Below are positions 1-10,576 of a stretch of 64,000 nucleotides of DNA, piece by piece. Every line of letters starts with the position of its first letter. Within the stretch, counting starts at the first letter, position 1. The position numbers were made by a program, and so were the translations under genes. The notes under the pieces were generated by a model that was given only the letters and a program-made list of their open reading frames with translations, was not told the DNA's origin and made no database searches. Origin of the DNA: Polyangiales bacterium (GTDB taxonomy: Bacteria; Myxococcota_A; Polyangia; Polyangiales; JADJQN01); NCBI GenBank assembly GCA_964202905.1, contig CAXNJO010000005.1:224001-288000 (forward strand), in the 5' to 3' direction.

Positions 1-1
1 C

Positions 2-232
2 GCGGACCTCTACGTGCACCTCTCCGACAAGGCGAGCGTCTGGGACACCTGCGGCCCCGAGGCCATCCTCCGCGCCGCGGGCGGGCGCTTCACGGACCTC
101 GCCGGCGACCCCATCCGCTACGATGGTCGTGTGCGCGCGGCGCGGGGCATGCTCGCGTGCAACGCCGCGGCGTTCGACGCCGTCGCCCCCGCGGTGCGCG
201 AGGCAGCGCGACGCGCCGGGCTCGTCGGGTAG
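2..232 (+). CDS. 3' end of an inositol monophosphatase / CysQ-family phosphatase (partial)
   Basis: Reads ADLYVH...VWDTCGPEAILRAAGGRFTDLAG, matching the IMPase C-terminal WD.A..aIl.eAGG..TD motif; truncated by the window edge. Confidence 0.8.
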   Translation, partial: ADLYVHLSDKASVWDTCGPEAILRAAGGRFTDLAGDPIRYDGRVRAARGMLACNAAAFDAVAPAVREAARRAGLVG

Positions 233-329
233 CGACCGCCGCGCGGCACGAGGGACGCGATCGTCGCGCAGGGCGCAGGCCGCGCACGGCGGGGCGATGT
301 GCCCCGCGTCTCCAGGACCTACGCGGGGC

Positions 330-635
330 TCATTTTCGCGCGCGGGTCGGTGGCGCGGGCGGTGCGGGCGGCGGGACGCGCTCGAGCGGCGGCCGATAGC
401 GGGTCGGCTCGAAGACGACGCACGTGCCGTCGTCGAGGTCGACGTGCGCGCGCTTGAAGCTCATGCGCCGTGCGAAGAGCTCGGAGAGGACCTCGCGCAG
501 CACGCGCGGCGTCTCGGCGTGCTGCCGATACTGCGCCGCGAACGCCGGGCCCGCGGCGAAACCCCAGCCCGTGACGCAGGGCTCATCGAGGCGGGCGCGC
601 AGGGAATCCGGGAGCGGGTCGGTCCACCGGTGCAT
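330..635 (-). CDS. Hypothetical protein (101 aa, MHRWTDPL...)
   Basis: ATG at 635 with a strong GGAGGAG RBS just upstream (641-649); non-repetitive protein-like composition. Confidence 0.6.
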   Translation of the reverse strand: MHRWTDPLPDSLRARLDEPCVTGWGFAAGPAFAAQYRQHAETPRVLREVLSELFARRMSFKRAHVDLDDGTCVVFEPTRYRPPLERVPPPAPPAPPTRARK

Positions 636-1798
636 CGCGGTTCTCCTCCGTGGAACGCGACCCGGTCTCCGGGGGCGCGTCGCCCCGTGCGTGGGCGTGC
701 TCGTCGACATCGACGGCGTCGTCCTCGACAGCGTCTTCCTGGACGGCGTCTTCCTCGACAGCGTCTTCCTGGACGGCGTCTTCCTCGACGGCGTGGTCCT
801 CGACGACCCACGCGAGCGCAGGATACGCGTTCTCCTCGAGACGCAGCGCGAGAAGCCCGAGGTCGTCGTCATCGCCCTCGCGGTACGCGAAGCGCGTGGG
901 GGCGTCGTCGTCGTCCATGTCGAAGGTGCCGTCGTGCGTCATGCGCACGGTGACGTCGGCGACGGTGCCGTCGGACGCGACGTCGATGGCGAGGAAATAG
1001 CGCGCCGCGATCACGCCGGGCGCGGCGTGGCCGACGACGGTGACCTCGATCGACTCGATCGCGAGCGGGTAGACGAGACGCGCGCTGCCGTCGGCGTGAT
1101 CGACGATCCCCCACGGCTCGCGCACGTATTCGCCGCGCGGGCGCCAACGTGCGTTTCGCGCGCGTGGGCGTGATGAACGAGGCCTCGCCGCGGGCGATGG
1201 CCGCGCGGGTCGCGTCGAGGTTCACGCGCGTGTGCGACGACCAGAGCGCGTCGAGGCCGCGGCAGCGCACCTCGGCGCCGCGCATCGTCCAGCCCTCGGC
1301 GACGAGCGCGGCCGCGGTGCAGGCGCGCGGGCCGGGCGCGGGGAGCGTGACGCGCGGCGGGTATGCGCCGGCGAGGAGCGAGTCGATCGCGTTCTCGTAG
1401 AGCGTCTCGAGCGCGTCGTTCCAGAGCGCCGTGCCGTCGCGGCCGAGGCGCGTGCGGCGCAGCTCGCTCCAGGGGCCGGGCTCGATCGAGACGTCGAGGT
1501 CGAAGCCGGCGAGCTCGTTCTCCTCGCCGTCGTCGTAGCGGCGCGTGGAGCGCACCGCGCCGAGCGTGAAGGCGATGCGGCGGCACCACGGCGTGTTGGG
1601 CAGCGGCGCGCCCTCGTCGTCGTACTCGAGCTCGGCGGCGCCGTCGCTCACGTCCGTCGTGAGGTCGATGCCCGGGATGGCGCGCCACGCCGCACGCAGG
1701 CGCGCATCGACGCGAAAGGCGACGTCGCGGCGGGAAGGCGTGTCGAGCGTGGCGTCGAAATCCGCGAAGTCGAAGCGTGCGTCCGGGTCGTCGGGCAT
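583..1798 (-). CDS. Acidic hypothetical protein, one apparent frameshift near 1145
   Basis: MPDDPDARFDF... (ATG 1798) continues as ...GEYVREPWGIVDH in the 583..1125 frame; both parts have coding-like composition. Confidence 0.55.
712..801. repeat. Six tandem 15-bp units (GACRGCGTSKTCCTS), coding (E/Q)EDAV repeats on the minus strand
   Basis: Directly visible tandem array. Confidence 0.9.
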
Positions 1799-1905
1799 GG
1801 GCTCGACGTGCACGGACGGTGGGCGGGGCGCGCGACTGACGGCGCCCCGCGCGGACGCCACGCGGCCCGCTGGCCTTCGGCGCGCCGGGTCGTGCGGCCC
1901 GCGCC

Positions 1906-3327
1906 TCAGCCGGGTGCGAGCGCGGCTTCGAGCTGCGCCGCGAGGCGCGCGCGGTGGGCCGAGACCCAGGCGTGCGACGCCCGCGCCTGCCGGGCCTGAC
2001 CGAAGAAGAGCCGCGCGTCCGCAGCGCTCCCGAGCGCGTGCGCGACGGCCGCGCCGAGCAGCCACGCATCGGGGACCTCCGGGCGGAGCGCGGGCTGGAG
2101 CGCACGCAGCGCCTCGGACGCGCGGCCCGCGGCGAGCAGCGACTCCGCGAGACCGAGGTGCGCCTCGAGGTGGGCCGGGCGCGCGCCGATCGCAGCGCGG
2201 AAATGCGCCTCCGCGAGCGCGTGCTCGCCCGCGAGCAGGAGCACCGTGCCGAGGCGCGTGCGACCGACGAAGCCCGTCGCGCCGGGCAGCGACTCCGCGA
2301 CGAAGGCGCGCCCGTCGAGCGCGAGGCAGGCCTCGAGCGCGGCGCGGCCCGCGGCGAGGTGGGCCGCGATCACCGGTGACGCGGCGCCGCCCGGGGCCGT
2401 CGCGCCCGGCTCGCAGAGCGCGGCGATCGCGAGGTGCTCGCGCGCCCAGCCCTCGAGCAGGTGGAGGTTCGGGTGCGGCGCGGCGAGGCCGCGTGCCCGT
2501 GCGAGGACGTCGAGCGCGCGCGCCGGTTCACCCGCGCGGATGTGGAGGAAGGCGAGGAGCGTCGCGGGGAAGACGGCGTCGTCCGCGAGGTGCCCCACGG
2601 CCGCGCGCGCGCTCACCGCCGAGAAGGCCGCCTCGGCTTGTCGCAGCGCGCCCGCGGTGTCGCCTGCACGCTCGAGCTCGCGCGCGAGGTAGGCGCGGGC
2701 GGCCGCGTCGTCGGGATCGCGGGCGCAGCGGCGCTCGAGCAGCCGCAGGTTGCGCTCGTTCTTCGCGCGCGCCTCGCGCAGCGAAGGCACCGCGCCGTAG
2801 TGCACGATCGGCGCATCCACCGCGGCGATGCGCGGGTGACGGCGGGCCCAGCCCGCGACCTGCTCGTGCACGATGCCCTCCCACGCGAGGTCCGGCGTGC
2901 GCCGCAGCAGACGCGGGAGCAGCACGGGCTCGCCGCGCCGCGCGCGTCCGGAGAGCACGTCGGCGGCGGTCGCCTCGAGCGTCGCGGCGTCGTGCAGCGG
3001 GAGCAGCCCGCAGTCGAGGTCGTCGCGCGCGAGGGCCGCACGGATCGCGTCGTGCGCGCCCGGCGCGAGCCGCTCGTCCGCGTCGAGCGAGAGCACGAAA
3101 CCGCCCGCGACGTGAGGCAGCGCGGCGTTGCGCGCGGCCGCGAAGTCGTCGTCCCATGGCCGCGCCACGATCACGGCGCCGTGCGCGCGCGCGATCGCGA
3201 CGGTGCGGTCCGTGCTCCCGGTGTCCACCAACACGATCGCGTCGACGAGCCCGCGCACCGAGGCGAGGCAGGCCTCGAGCATGGACTCTTCGTCCCTCGC
3301 GATCAGGCAGAGCGTCAGTCGGTGCAT
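1906..3327 (-). CDS. Family 2 glycosyltransferase with C-terminal TPR repeats
   Basis: LTLCLIARDEE, VDTGSTDRT, WDDDFAAARN, LDADE, WEGIVHEQ and IVHYG motifs, followed by TPR-like helices. Confidence 0.9.
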   Translation of the reverse strand: MHRLTLCLIARDEESMLEACLASVRGLVDAIVLVDTGSTDRTVAIARAHGAVIVARPWDDDFAAARNAALPHVAGGFVLSLDADERLAPGAHDAIRAALARDDLDCGLLPLHDAATLEATAADVLSGRARRGEPVLLPRLLRRTPDLAWEGIVHEQVAGWARRHPRIAAVDAPIVHYGAVPSLREARAKNERNLRLLERRCARDPDDAAARAYLARELERAGDTAGALRQAEAAFSAVSARAAVGHLADDAVFPATLLAFLHIRAGEPARALDVLARARGLAAPHPNLHLLEGWAREHLAIAALCEPGATAPGGAASPVIAAHLAAGRAALEACLALDGRAFVAESLPGATGFVGRTRLGTVLLLAGEHALAEAHFRAAIGARPAHLEAHLGLAESLLAAGRASEALRALQPALRPEVPDAWLLGAAVAHALGSAADARLFFGQARQARASHAWVSAHRARLAAQLEAALAPG

Positions 3328-3411
3328 GGTGCCCGCGGCAGGGTGCAAGCGGCGCGCACGCACGGCAACCGCGCCCCACCGCGCGCGGTGCCGACGCCGC
3401 GTGGACCGCCG

Positions 3412-3912
3412 TCAGCGCACGCCGCGCTCGCTCGGCGCGTCGGCCTCGCCCGGTCGCACGCCGAAGGGAGACGCCCCACCGCGCGGCGGCGCGATCACCT
3501 CGAGCGCGGCGCGGAGCTGCACGCGCGCCTCGACCGGCTCGGTGCGCGCGAACAGGAGCGCCTGCGTCGTCGCGCTCCCGCGGATCTCGTAGACGCGCAT
3601 GCGACCGCGGAGCGTCTGCCCGAGCTGCGGCGCGTACTGGGCCGCCGTGCCGAGGCCGGACTCCTCGTGCGAGCTGACGCGGAGATCCGCGAGCGTGATC
3701 GCGCGCGCCGCCGCGAGCGCCTCGACCTGCGCGCGGATCGCGTCGTCGGTCGGGAGGGACGTGCCGCGGCCATGCCCGATCGCGCGCGCCGCCTCACGAA
3801 AATCGCGGAGTCGGCCCCGGGCCTGCAAGCTCGCCCAGCCCTGCGCGCCGGCCGCGACGAGGAGCGCGAGCGGGACGACGACGAGCACGAGCTTGCGCGG
3901 CGTGAGCTCCAT
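3412..3912 (-). CDS. Hypothetical protein with N-terminal membrane anchor/signal peptide
   Basis: ATG start; hydrophobic segment LVLVVVPLALLVAAGA. Confidence 0.65.
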   Translation of the reverse strand: MELTPRKLVLVVVPLALLVAAGAQGWASLQARGRLRDFREAARAIGHGRGTSLPTDDAIRAQVEALAAARAITLADLRVSSHEESGLGTAAQYAPQLGQTLRGRMRVYEIRGSATTQALLFARTEPVEARVQLRAALEVIAPPRGGASPFGVRPGEADAPSERGVR

Positions 3913-4004
3913 CGGCGCAACGTACCGCGCCGTGTGTCCGCGCGATGCACCGATGTGCCGGGGCGCTCACGCACCTGCGCGCACACGCCGTGTACAGTCA
4001 CGCC

Positions 4005-7000
4005 ATGCGTCGTACGCCTTGGCACGGACGGTTCGCTGCGCGCGTCGCGCTCCTTGGGTTCGCGGCCCTGCCGCTCGGCGCCTGCGAGGGCCGCATCACC
4101 GCCGGGCTCCCCGATGCCGACACGACGCGCGACGCGGATGTCATGAGCGACGCGGACACGGGCCGCGACGCCGACGTCGCGACCGACGCCGACGCGACAC
4201 GCGACGCGCACATCGCCACCGATGCCGACACGACGCGCGACGCGGGCACGACGCTGGATGCTGATCTGCTCGTGGATGCGGACGCGCCCGACGCCGACAT
4301 CCCACGTGACGCAGGCACGCCCGACGCGACCGTGGTGCCCGGTCCCGTCTGCGCGGAGCCCGTGCCCCCCGCGCCGCTCGTCGATCTCCCGTGCGCGCCG
4401 ATTGCCGCGCCTGCGGGCTGCATCGCGGGACCGTACGCGCCGGTGCTGCGCTGGTCCTTCGATCCGGGCGCGACGACGGTCGACGCCGCGGGTGCGCGCA
4501 ACGTGGGGAGTGGCCTGCGCGCGGTCGCGGATCCCGAGGCGGTGGGCGGCGGCTTCGCGTTCGTGAACGACCCGGACGTGCCGCAATCGGCGGGCTCGGG
4601 CACGCTCGTCGCGGCCGGCGGCGCGGCGACGCTCGAGCTGCTCGTCCGCTTCCGCACGCCGCTGGACTGGAGCGGCAGCGCGGGCGCGGGGCGCGGCGGA
4701 CGCACGGAGTTGCTCAACCTCGCGGCGAGCGCGGCGACGCTCGAGCTCGCGTGGCAGCGCGACGAGATCACCTTCGCCGTCAGCGGATCGCGCGCACGCT
4801 TCACCATGCGCGAAGGTGGTGTCGCGTCGTGGGCCGCGCTCGCCGATGGCGCGTTCCATCACCTCGCGTTCGTGTTCACGCCGCGCAGCGCCGATCTCGA
4901 GGTCGCGCTGCACATCGACGGCGAGAGCGCCGACGTACACCGCGCGACGCTCACGGGCACGGCGCTCCCCGCGATCACGCGCGTCTCGTTCGGGAATCGC
5001 ACCTACGATCCGCGCGGCCTCGACGTCGACGAGCTCGGCCTCTACGCGCGCGCCCTGCCCGCGACGCTGATCGCGCAGCACGCACGCGAGGCCGCCGCGC
5101 TGCGCCCCTTCTCCGACGTGGACGCGTGCGCGCCGCGCACCTGCACGCGGCCGACGAACACCGACGCGCTCGTGCCTGCGTTGCAGGCCCCCGGCTACGA
5201 CCCTGCGCGTCTCTACGCGCCCTCGGTGAGCCCGACGACGCAGTTCACGTCGGCACCGCTGCCCGGGCACAAGCGCGGGCACACGATGCCGCGCTTCGTC
5301 GCGAGCTGGATCACGAGTTATCTCGCCAACGGCGACGATCCCGACCCGCTCACGCGCGCTCCCGAGGCCCATCAGCTCGCGGCCGACACCTTCCGCGCGC
5401 CGATGGCCGAAGAGCTCGCGACGCACTGGAACTATGGGCTCGGCGCGGGGCTCTCCGGCGAGGCGAACGCGCGCCCCGACACGAATCCGTACGTCTCGCT
5501 GCTCCGCAGCGCGCCGCGCGAGTGGCCCATCGACACGGGCACCGGAGGCGCGGACGAGGGGCGCGGACGGCTCGGTATCGAGAACGCCGCGGGCATGCGG
5601 CTCGGCCTCTCGCCGGGCGATGGGCTCACCGGCTATCGCGCGTACGGTGCTTCACGCGCGACGGCGCTCGCCGCGCTCGAGACGCGCATCCGCCGGCCGA
5701 TCGACCTCTACTACATCGACCTCGAGGGGGAGTCGTTCACGACCTTCGAGCGCGTGCGCGACCCCGCGCTGCTCGCGCTCCCCGCGAACGCGACCGCGAA
5801 CGCCGATTGTGCGCGCCGCGGCCTCGCGCTGCGCCCGTGCCTCGCCGCGGCCATCACGGAATATCGCAACGCGATTGCAGAAGGCGCGACCTCGATGCTG
5901 GCGAGCGCGCCCGCCGTGCACTTCTACGAGGTCGACGGAAACGAGAATTTCCGGGGTGATTTTCGCTACACCCGGCAGCAGAACGATCCGACGCCGACGC
6001 GCGTCGATCCCCGCTCCGACGAAAGCGACGGCTGGCGTCCCTCGACGAGCTCGCTCTATCCGCTGAACCCCACGCGGCTCTACGAGACCGTCGGCGCCGG
6101 GCACGGCCTCGCGTGGCTCTTCGAGGCACGCGCCTACGAGATCGCGCAGGGCAGCCGCTACGCGATGCCCTACGTCGCCGCCGGCTGGTCGTACAACGAG
6201 CACGAGAACATCCGCCCGCCGCAGTGGCTCGGCTTCCTCCAGATCGCGGGCGTGACGGGCGCGCTGCACACCATCCCCGCGTTCTTCGTGATCCCGTCGG
6301 CGGTCGGGTCGGGCACCTGCTCGTGGGGCGTCTGCAACGACGCCGAGTGCATGGGCGACGCGACGTGCCGCGCGCAGACCGTGCAGAACCCGAACCACCG
6401 CGCGTGGCAGGCGCTCATGCCGAGCTACGCGCAGGGCGCGCTCAGCCACGCCGAGGAGCTGCTCCGCGATCCGGCGAGCGTGTGGCTGGGCGAGCTCCCG
6501 ACGAGTGGGCCGCACGTCGTCGGCACCGCGCGTCGGCTCGGCACGCGCACGCTGATTGCGCTCCTCCACCTGACGCACGGCAACGACACGGCACGCTTCG
6601 CCCGGACCGCGTCGCACGCCTGGGTCGGCGTCGACGACGACGGCGTGCCGACCACACCGCCGGTCGCGCTGCGGCTCGAGGCTCGCGCGCAGGGCAGCCT
6701 CTATCTCTACGATCGCGGCACCGCGGGCGCGCTGCCGACGCTCGTGCAGCTCGACGCCTGGCACGAGGTCGTGCATCCCGCCCAGTGGTCGCAGGCCATC
6801 ACGCGCGAGGCCGAGGTCGCCGACGCGAGCGCAGACGTCGTGGTCGGCACCGATCCCGTGACGGGCGGCGACTACACGCGCTTCGACTCCTTCGTGCGCG
6901 TCGCGCCGGGCCGCGCAGGCGAGACGTTCGGGACCGCAGCCACCGCGCCGTACGTCGAGCACGACGCCGAGAGCCGTGAGGGCGGCGCGTACGCGGTGTG

Positions 7001-7271
7001 GGTCCGCGCCCGTACGACGCGCGAGGCGGGGAGCGTCATCGTGCGCGTCGATGGCGGCGCGCCGTTGCAACTCGGTTGCATCTCGTCGCGCAGTTGGCAG
7101 TGGGTGCGGCTCGACTGCGGCACGTCAAGCGCCGCGACGGTCACGCTGCCGGCCGACCGGCGCGCGTCGATCCGCGTCTCTCCGAGCCACGGCGGCATCG
7201 AGCTCGACCGCGTGGTCGTCACGCCCGACACGGGCTGCATCGCCGCATCCGCGAGCTGCACCTGCGGGTGA
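4005..7271 (+). CDS. Large lipoprotein with LamG/ConA-like domain and C-terminal CBM-like beta-sandwich
   Basis: Lipobox LGAC; DAD/DAG linker; DGAFHHLAFVF...LHIDG...DELGLYARAL (LamG); YAVWVRAR...VRVDG...WQWV...IELDRVVV (CBM-like). Confidence 0.75.
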   Translation: MRRTPWHGRFAARVALLGFAALPLGACEGRITAGLPDADTTRDADVMSDADTGRDADVATDADATRDAHIATDADTTRDAGTTLDADLLVDADAPDADIPRDAGTPDATVVPGPVCAEPVPPAPLVDLPCAPIAAPAGCIAGPYAPVLRWSFDPGATTVDAAGARNVGSGLRAVADPEAVGGGFAFVNDPDVPQSAGSGTLVAAGGAATLELLVRFRTPLDWSGSAGAGRGGRTELLNLAASAATLELAWQRDEITFAVSGSRARFTMREGGVASWAALADGAFHHLAFVFTPRSADLEVALHIDGESADVHRATLTGTALPAITRVSFGNRTYDPRGLDVDELGLYARALPATLIAQHAREAAALRPFSDVDACAPRTCTRPTNTDALVPALQAPGYDPARLYAPSVSPTTQFTSAPLPGHKRGHTMPRFVASWITSYLANGDDPDPLTRAPEAHQLAADTFRAPMAEELATHWNYGLGAGLSGEANARPDTNPYVSLLRSAPREWPIDTGTGGADEGRGRLGIENAAGMRLGLSPGDGLTGYRAYGASRATALAALETRIRRPIDLYYIDLEGESFTTFERVRDPALLALPANATANADCARRGLALRPCLAAAITEYRNAIAEGATSMLASAPAVHFYEVDGNENFRGDFRYTRQQNDPTPTRVDPRSDESDGWRPSTSSLYPLNPTRLYETVGAGHGLAWLFEARAYEIAQGSRYAMPYVAAGWSYNEHENIRPPQWLGFLQIAGVTGALHTIPAFFVIPSAVGSGTCSWGVCNDAECMGDATCRAQTVQNPNHRAWQALMPSYAQGALSHAEELLRDPASVWLGELPTSGPHVVGTARRLGTRTLIALLHLTHGNDTARFARTASHAWVGVDDDGVPTTPPVALRLEARAQGSLYLYDRGTAGALPTLVQLDAWHEVVHPAQWSQAITREAEVADASADVVVGTDPVTGGDYTRFDSFVRVAPGRAGETFGTAATAPYVEHDAESREGGAYAVWVRARTTREAGSVIVRVDGGAPLQLGCISSRSWQWVRLDCGTSSAATVTLPADRRASIRVSPSHGGIELDRVVVTPDTGCIAASASCTCG

Positions 7272-7301
7272 GCGCGACGCGCGGGACGACGCGCCCCGCG
7301 C

Positions 7302-9762
7302 TCAGAAACCGGGGTCGCTGATCACGGTCGGACGCGCGCCGGTGCGCCCGCTCCGACCGGCCTGCGCAGGGCGCGTAGAAGCCGGACGCGACGGGCGCGC
7401 CGCGGCGGGACGCGCGGGGCGCGCTGCACCGGGTGAACCACCGCGCACGGCCGGCGGCGCGGCCGCGCGCGCGGCGACGAGGGCTCGACGGGCGCCGCCG
7501 CCTGTGGCGCGGGCTCGACGGGCGCCGCCGCCTGTGGCGCGGGCTCGACGGGCGCCTCCGCCTGCGGCGCGGGCTCGACGGGCGCTTCCGCCTGTGGTGC
7601 CTCCGCGACGGGCGCGTCCGCCTGTGGCGCGGGCCCGACGGGCGCAGCGCCCTGTGCCCCCTCGTCCGCCGAAGGCGGGGCCTCGACGGTGCTCGGCGCG
7701 GCGGCGACCGGTGCCACGGGCGTCACGGCCGAGCCCTCCGCGGCGGTCGCGTCGGACGCCCCCGGCTCCTGCGCCGCATCCCCCCCCGACATCGACCACA
7801 CGCCGAGCGCGAGCACCGCGACGGCCGCGAGCGCCGCCGGGATCATCCACATCGGCCGCGCCGCGACGGGCACGCGCAGCGGCGCATCGTCCTCCTCGGC
7901 TTCGTCCGCGCGCGGCACCTCCCGCGGCGTCGCTGCGCGTGCAGGCGCAGGCGCAGGCGCAGGCGCAGCCAACGCAGCCGCGGGCGGCGCCGCAGCCACC
8001 GGTGTCCCCTCCGGCGACGGCGACGCGCCCTTCACCGTCGTCACCTCGCTCACGTCCCCGAGCGCCATCGGCGCGTCGGGCGATGGCTCCTGCGCCGACG
8101 GCGACGCGCCCTTCACCGTCGTCACCTCGCTCACGTCCCCGAGCGCCATCGCGCCGACGACCGGCGTCGCCAGCGGCGACGGCGACGCCTCCTTCACCGT
8201 CGTCACCTCGCTCACGTCCCCGAGCGCCATCGCGCCGACGACCGGCGTCGCCAGCGGCGACGGCGACGCGCCCTTCACCGTCGTCACCTCGCTCACGTCC
8301 CCGAGCGCCATCGCGCCGACGACCGGCGTCGCCAGCGGCGACGGCGACGCCCCCTTCACCGTCGTCACCTCGCTCACGTCCCCGAGCCCCATCGGCGCGT
8401 CGGGCGCAGGCTCCTGCGCGGCGGCCGGCTCCGCCGCGACGAACGTCGGAGGCAGCGGTCGTTGCGCCCTCGAACAACCTCGGACTTGCGCGGGCGAATC
8501 GACCGCAACGGCCTATTTCGATGCGGCGCATCGTCGACCGCGGGCACGGCATCCGGCGCTGATTCCGGCCCGGAGGACGCCATCGTTGCGCCCGCGGAAA
8601 CCTCGTCCGGGGTGCCCGGTGCCGCGAGCGCGTCGCTCGGCGCGACGCTCGCTGCGTCAGGGGCCGAGGCCGCGGAGCCGGAGGGCGCAGGCGCGCCCAC
8701 CGAGACCACCGCGCCGGCCAGCGGCAGCGCCCGCGCGGGCAGCGCGGCGCGCGGACCGGGCAGCGGCTTCGAGGTCCCACTGAGCGTGGGCTTCGACGCA
8801 CCGCTGGGCATGGGCTTCGACACACCGCCGAGCATCGGCTTCGCCGCGGCTGCGGGCTCCGTCGAGTCCGACGCGGCGGTCGGCGAGCGCGGCCCGGCGG
8901 GCAGCTCGAGCGCGGCCGTCGCCCGGCTCATCAGCAGGCACGTTTTGAGGGCACGGGCGAACGCCGCGCCGTCGGCGAAACGCCGCGCAGGGTCCGCGCC
9001 GAGCGCGCGATCGAGGATGGCCGCGTAGCCGGCGAGCTCGCGCTTCACCGCACCGAGGCCGGGGGGCCGCCGTGTGCGCACGGCCTCGAGGAGGCTGCCC
9101 GCATCGGGCGCGACGTGGGGCGGGCGCCCGGCGAACACGGCGAAGCACACGGCGCCGAGCGAGTAGAGGTCCGCGGCCGGGCTCGCCGGCACCTCGCCGC
9201 GCAGCTGCTCGGGCGCGGCGTAGGCGTAGCCGTGCTGGAGCGAGGCGAGCGAGGTGCGCGCGGCGGCGTCGGAGCCGATGCCGGCCCGCGCGTCGGCGCG
9301 GTTCAGCGCGAGCCCGATGATCTTCGCGACCTCTTGCCCCTTCGGCCCCGCGAGGAAGACGTTGCCCGGCTCGACGTCGCCGTGCGCGATGCCCGCGGCG
9401 TGCAGCGCGCCGAGCCCCTCCGCGGCGCCCGCGAGCCACTCGACCGCGCGTTCGACGCGCAACGCCGACTGCGCGACGCGCGCCGCGAGGCTCTCGCCCT
9501 CGAGCAGCTCGAGCACGAGAAAAGGCGTCCCTTCGGCCGTGTCGCCGCGATCGAGCGCGCGGACGACGTTCGGGTGTTGGACGCCCATGAGCCGCTCTGC
9601 GTGGTCCCGGAAGCGTGCGCGCACGGCGTCCCCGGCCTCCGCCTCCAGCGTCAGCACGGCGACGGACGTGCCCGTCTCGGTGTCGTGCGCGGTCCAGACG
9701 GAGCCGAGTTCGTTCTCGCCGAGCGGCAGGCGAAGCGTGTATCGTTCCTCGAAGGGCTTCAC
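7302..9762 (-). CDS. Membrane-anchored Ser/Thr kinase-like protein (probable pseudokinase), frameshifts near 8470 and 7480
   Basis: GTG start with AGAAGGA RBS; kinase fold (HPNVV, YAAPEQ, ADLYSLG); Pro/Ala linker; TM helix WMIPAALAAVAVLALGVW; ends ISDPGF. Confidence 0.8.
7481..7645. repeat. About five 30-bp tandem units coding PVEPAPQA(A/E)A
   Basis: GGGCTCGACGGGCGCCGCCGCCTGTGGCGC repeated with drift. Confidence 0.85.
8012..8392. repeat. Five about 81-bp tandem units coding LGDVSEVTTVKGASPS...
   Basis: Near-identical CTTCACCGTCGTCACCTCGCTCACGTCCCCGAGC core present five times. Confidence 0.95.
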
Positions 9763-9791
9763 TCGATCCTTCTAACACGAGGTGTTCTCCC

Positions 9792-10576
9792 GTGATCTGT
9801 CGGCTCGAACGCATGCTCGCGCTCCTCGTCCTCGGGCTGACGCTCTGGGCCGTCACTCCGGCCTCGGCCCAGAGAGCACGACGCGCGCGGTCCGCCCCGA
9901 CGTCGGTCATCGCAGGCACGCGCACTCTTCGCGGAGGGCGTCGCGCACGTCGAGGCCCGCCGCTTCGCCGAGGCGGAGACCTCGTTCCGCGCGGCGCTCG
10001 CGCTCCGGGATGCGCCGACGATTCGCTACAACCTCGCGTCCGTGCTCTTCGAGCAGGGCGAGTATCCGGAAGCGAACGCACAGATCGAGACCGTGCTCGC
10101 CGACGCGAACGCCCCCGCCGACCTCCGCGCGCACGTGACGACCCTGCGCACCCAGCTGCAGGAGCGGGCAGGCTTCGCGCGGGTCGAGTTGGTGGGGATG
10201 CCCGAGGCCGCGGTCGCGGTCGACGGCTTCCGCCTCGCCGACGTGCGGCTCGAGCTGCCGCTCGCGCCCGGTCCGCATCTCGCGATCGCCACGCGCGGCG
10301 ACGCGGAGCTCGCGCGGAGCGCCTTGCAGATCCAGACGGGCCAGCACGCGACGTTCACGCTCGGCGCGCCGGTCCCGGAGCCGGCCGCGCCGGCCCCCGA
10401 ACCCGCGCTCGTCGCCGACGCCGACACGCAGCCCGCTCGTCGAGCAGTGGTGGTTCTGGACGGCCATCGGCGGCGGCGTCGTGCTCTCCGCCGTGCTGAT
10501 CGGCGTCGCGGCCTCGAGCGGCGGCGTCGAAGAGCCCATCCCCGGGAATTTCCAGCCAGGAGTCGTGCGATGGTGA
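9792..10576 (+). CDS. TPR + PEGA-like exported/membrane protein, frameshifts near 9890 and 10435
   Basis: Signal peptide; QARALFAEG...IRYNLASVLFEQG TPR; VAVDG...LAPGPH PEGA-like; C-terminal EQWWFWTAIGGGVV TM; stop overlaps next ATG. Confidence 0.7.

Noticed and set aside
7941..7968. (GCAGGC)n microsatellite as a phase-variation switch (also (GAGAGC)n near 53150)
   Set aside because: Hexamer units keep the frame; they are simple Pro-Ala or Leu-Ser linkers
8012..8392. Regularly spaced repeats as a CRISPR array
   Set aside because: The intervening sequences are also repeated, the array is in-frame coding, and no cas genes are present
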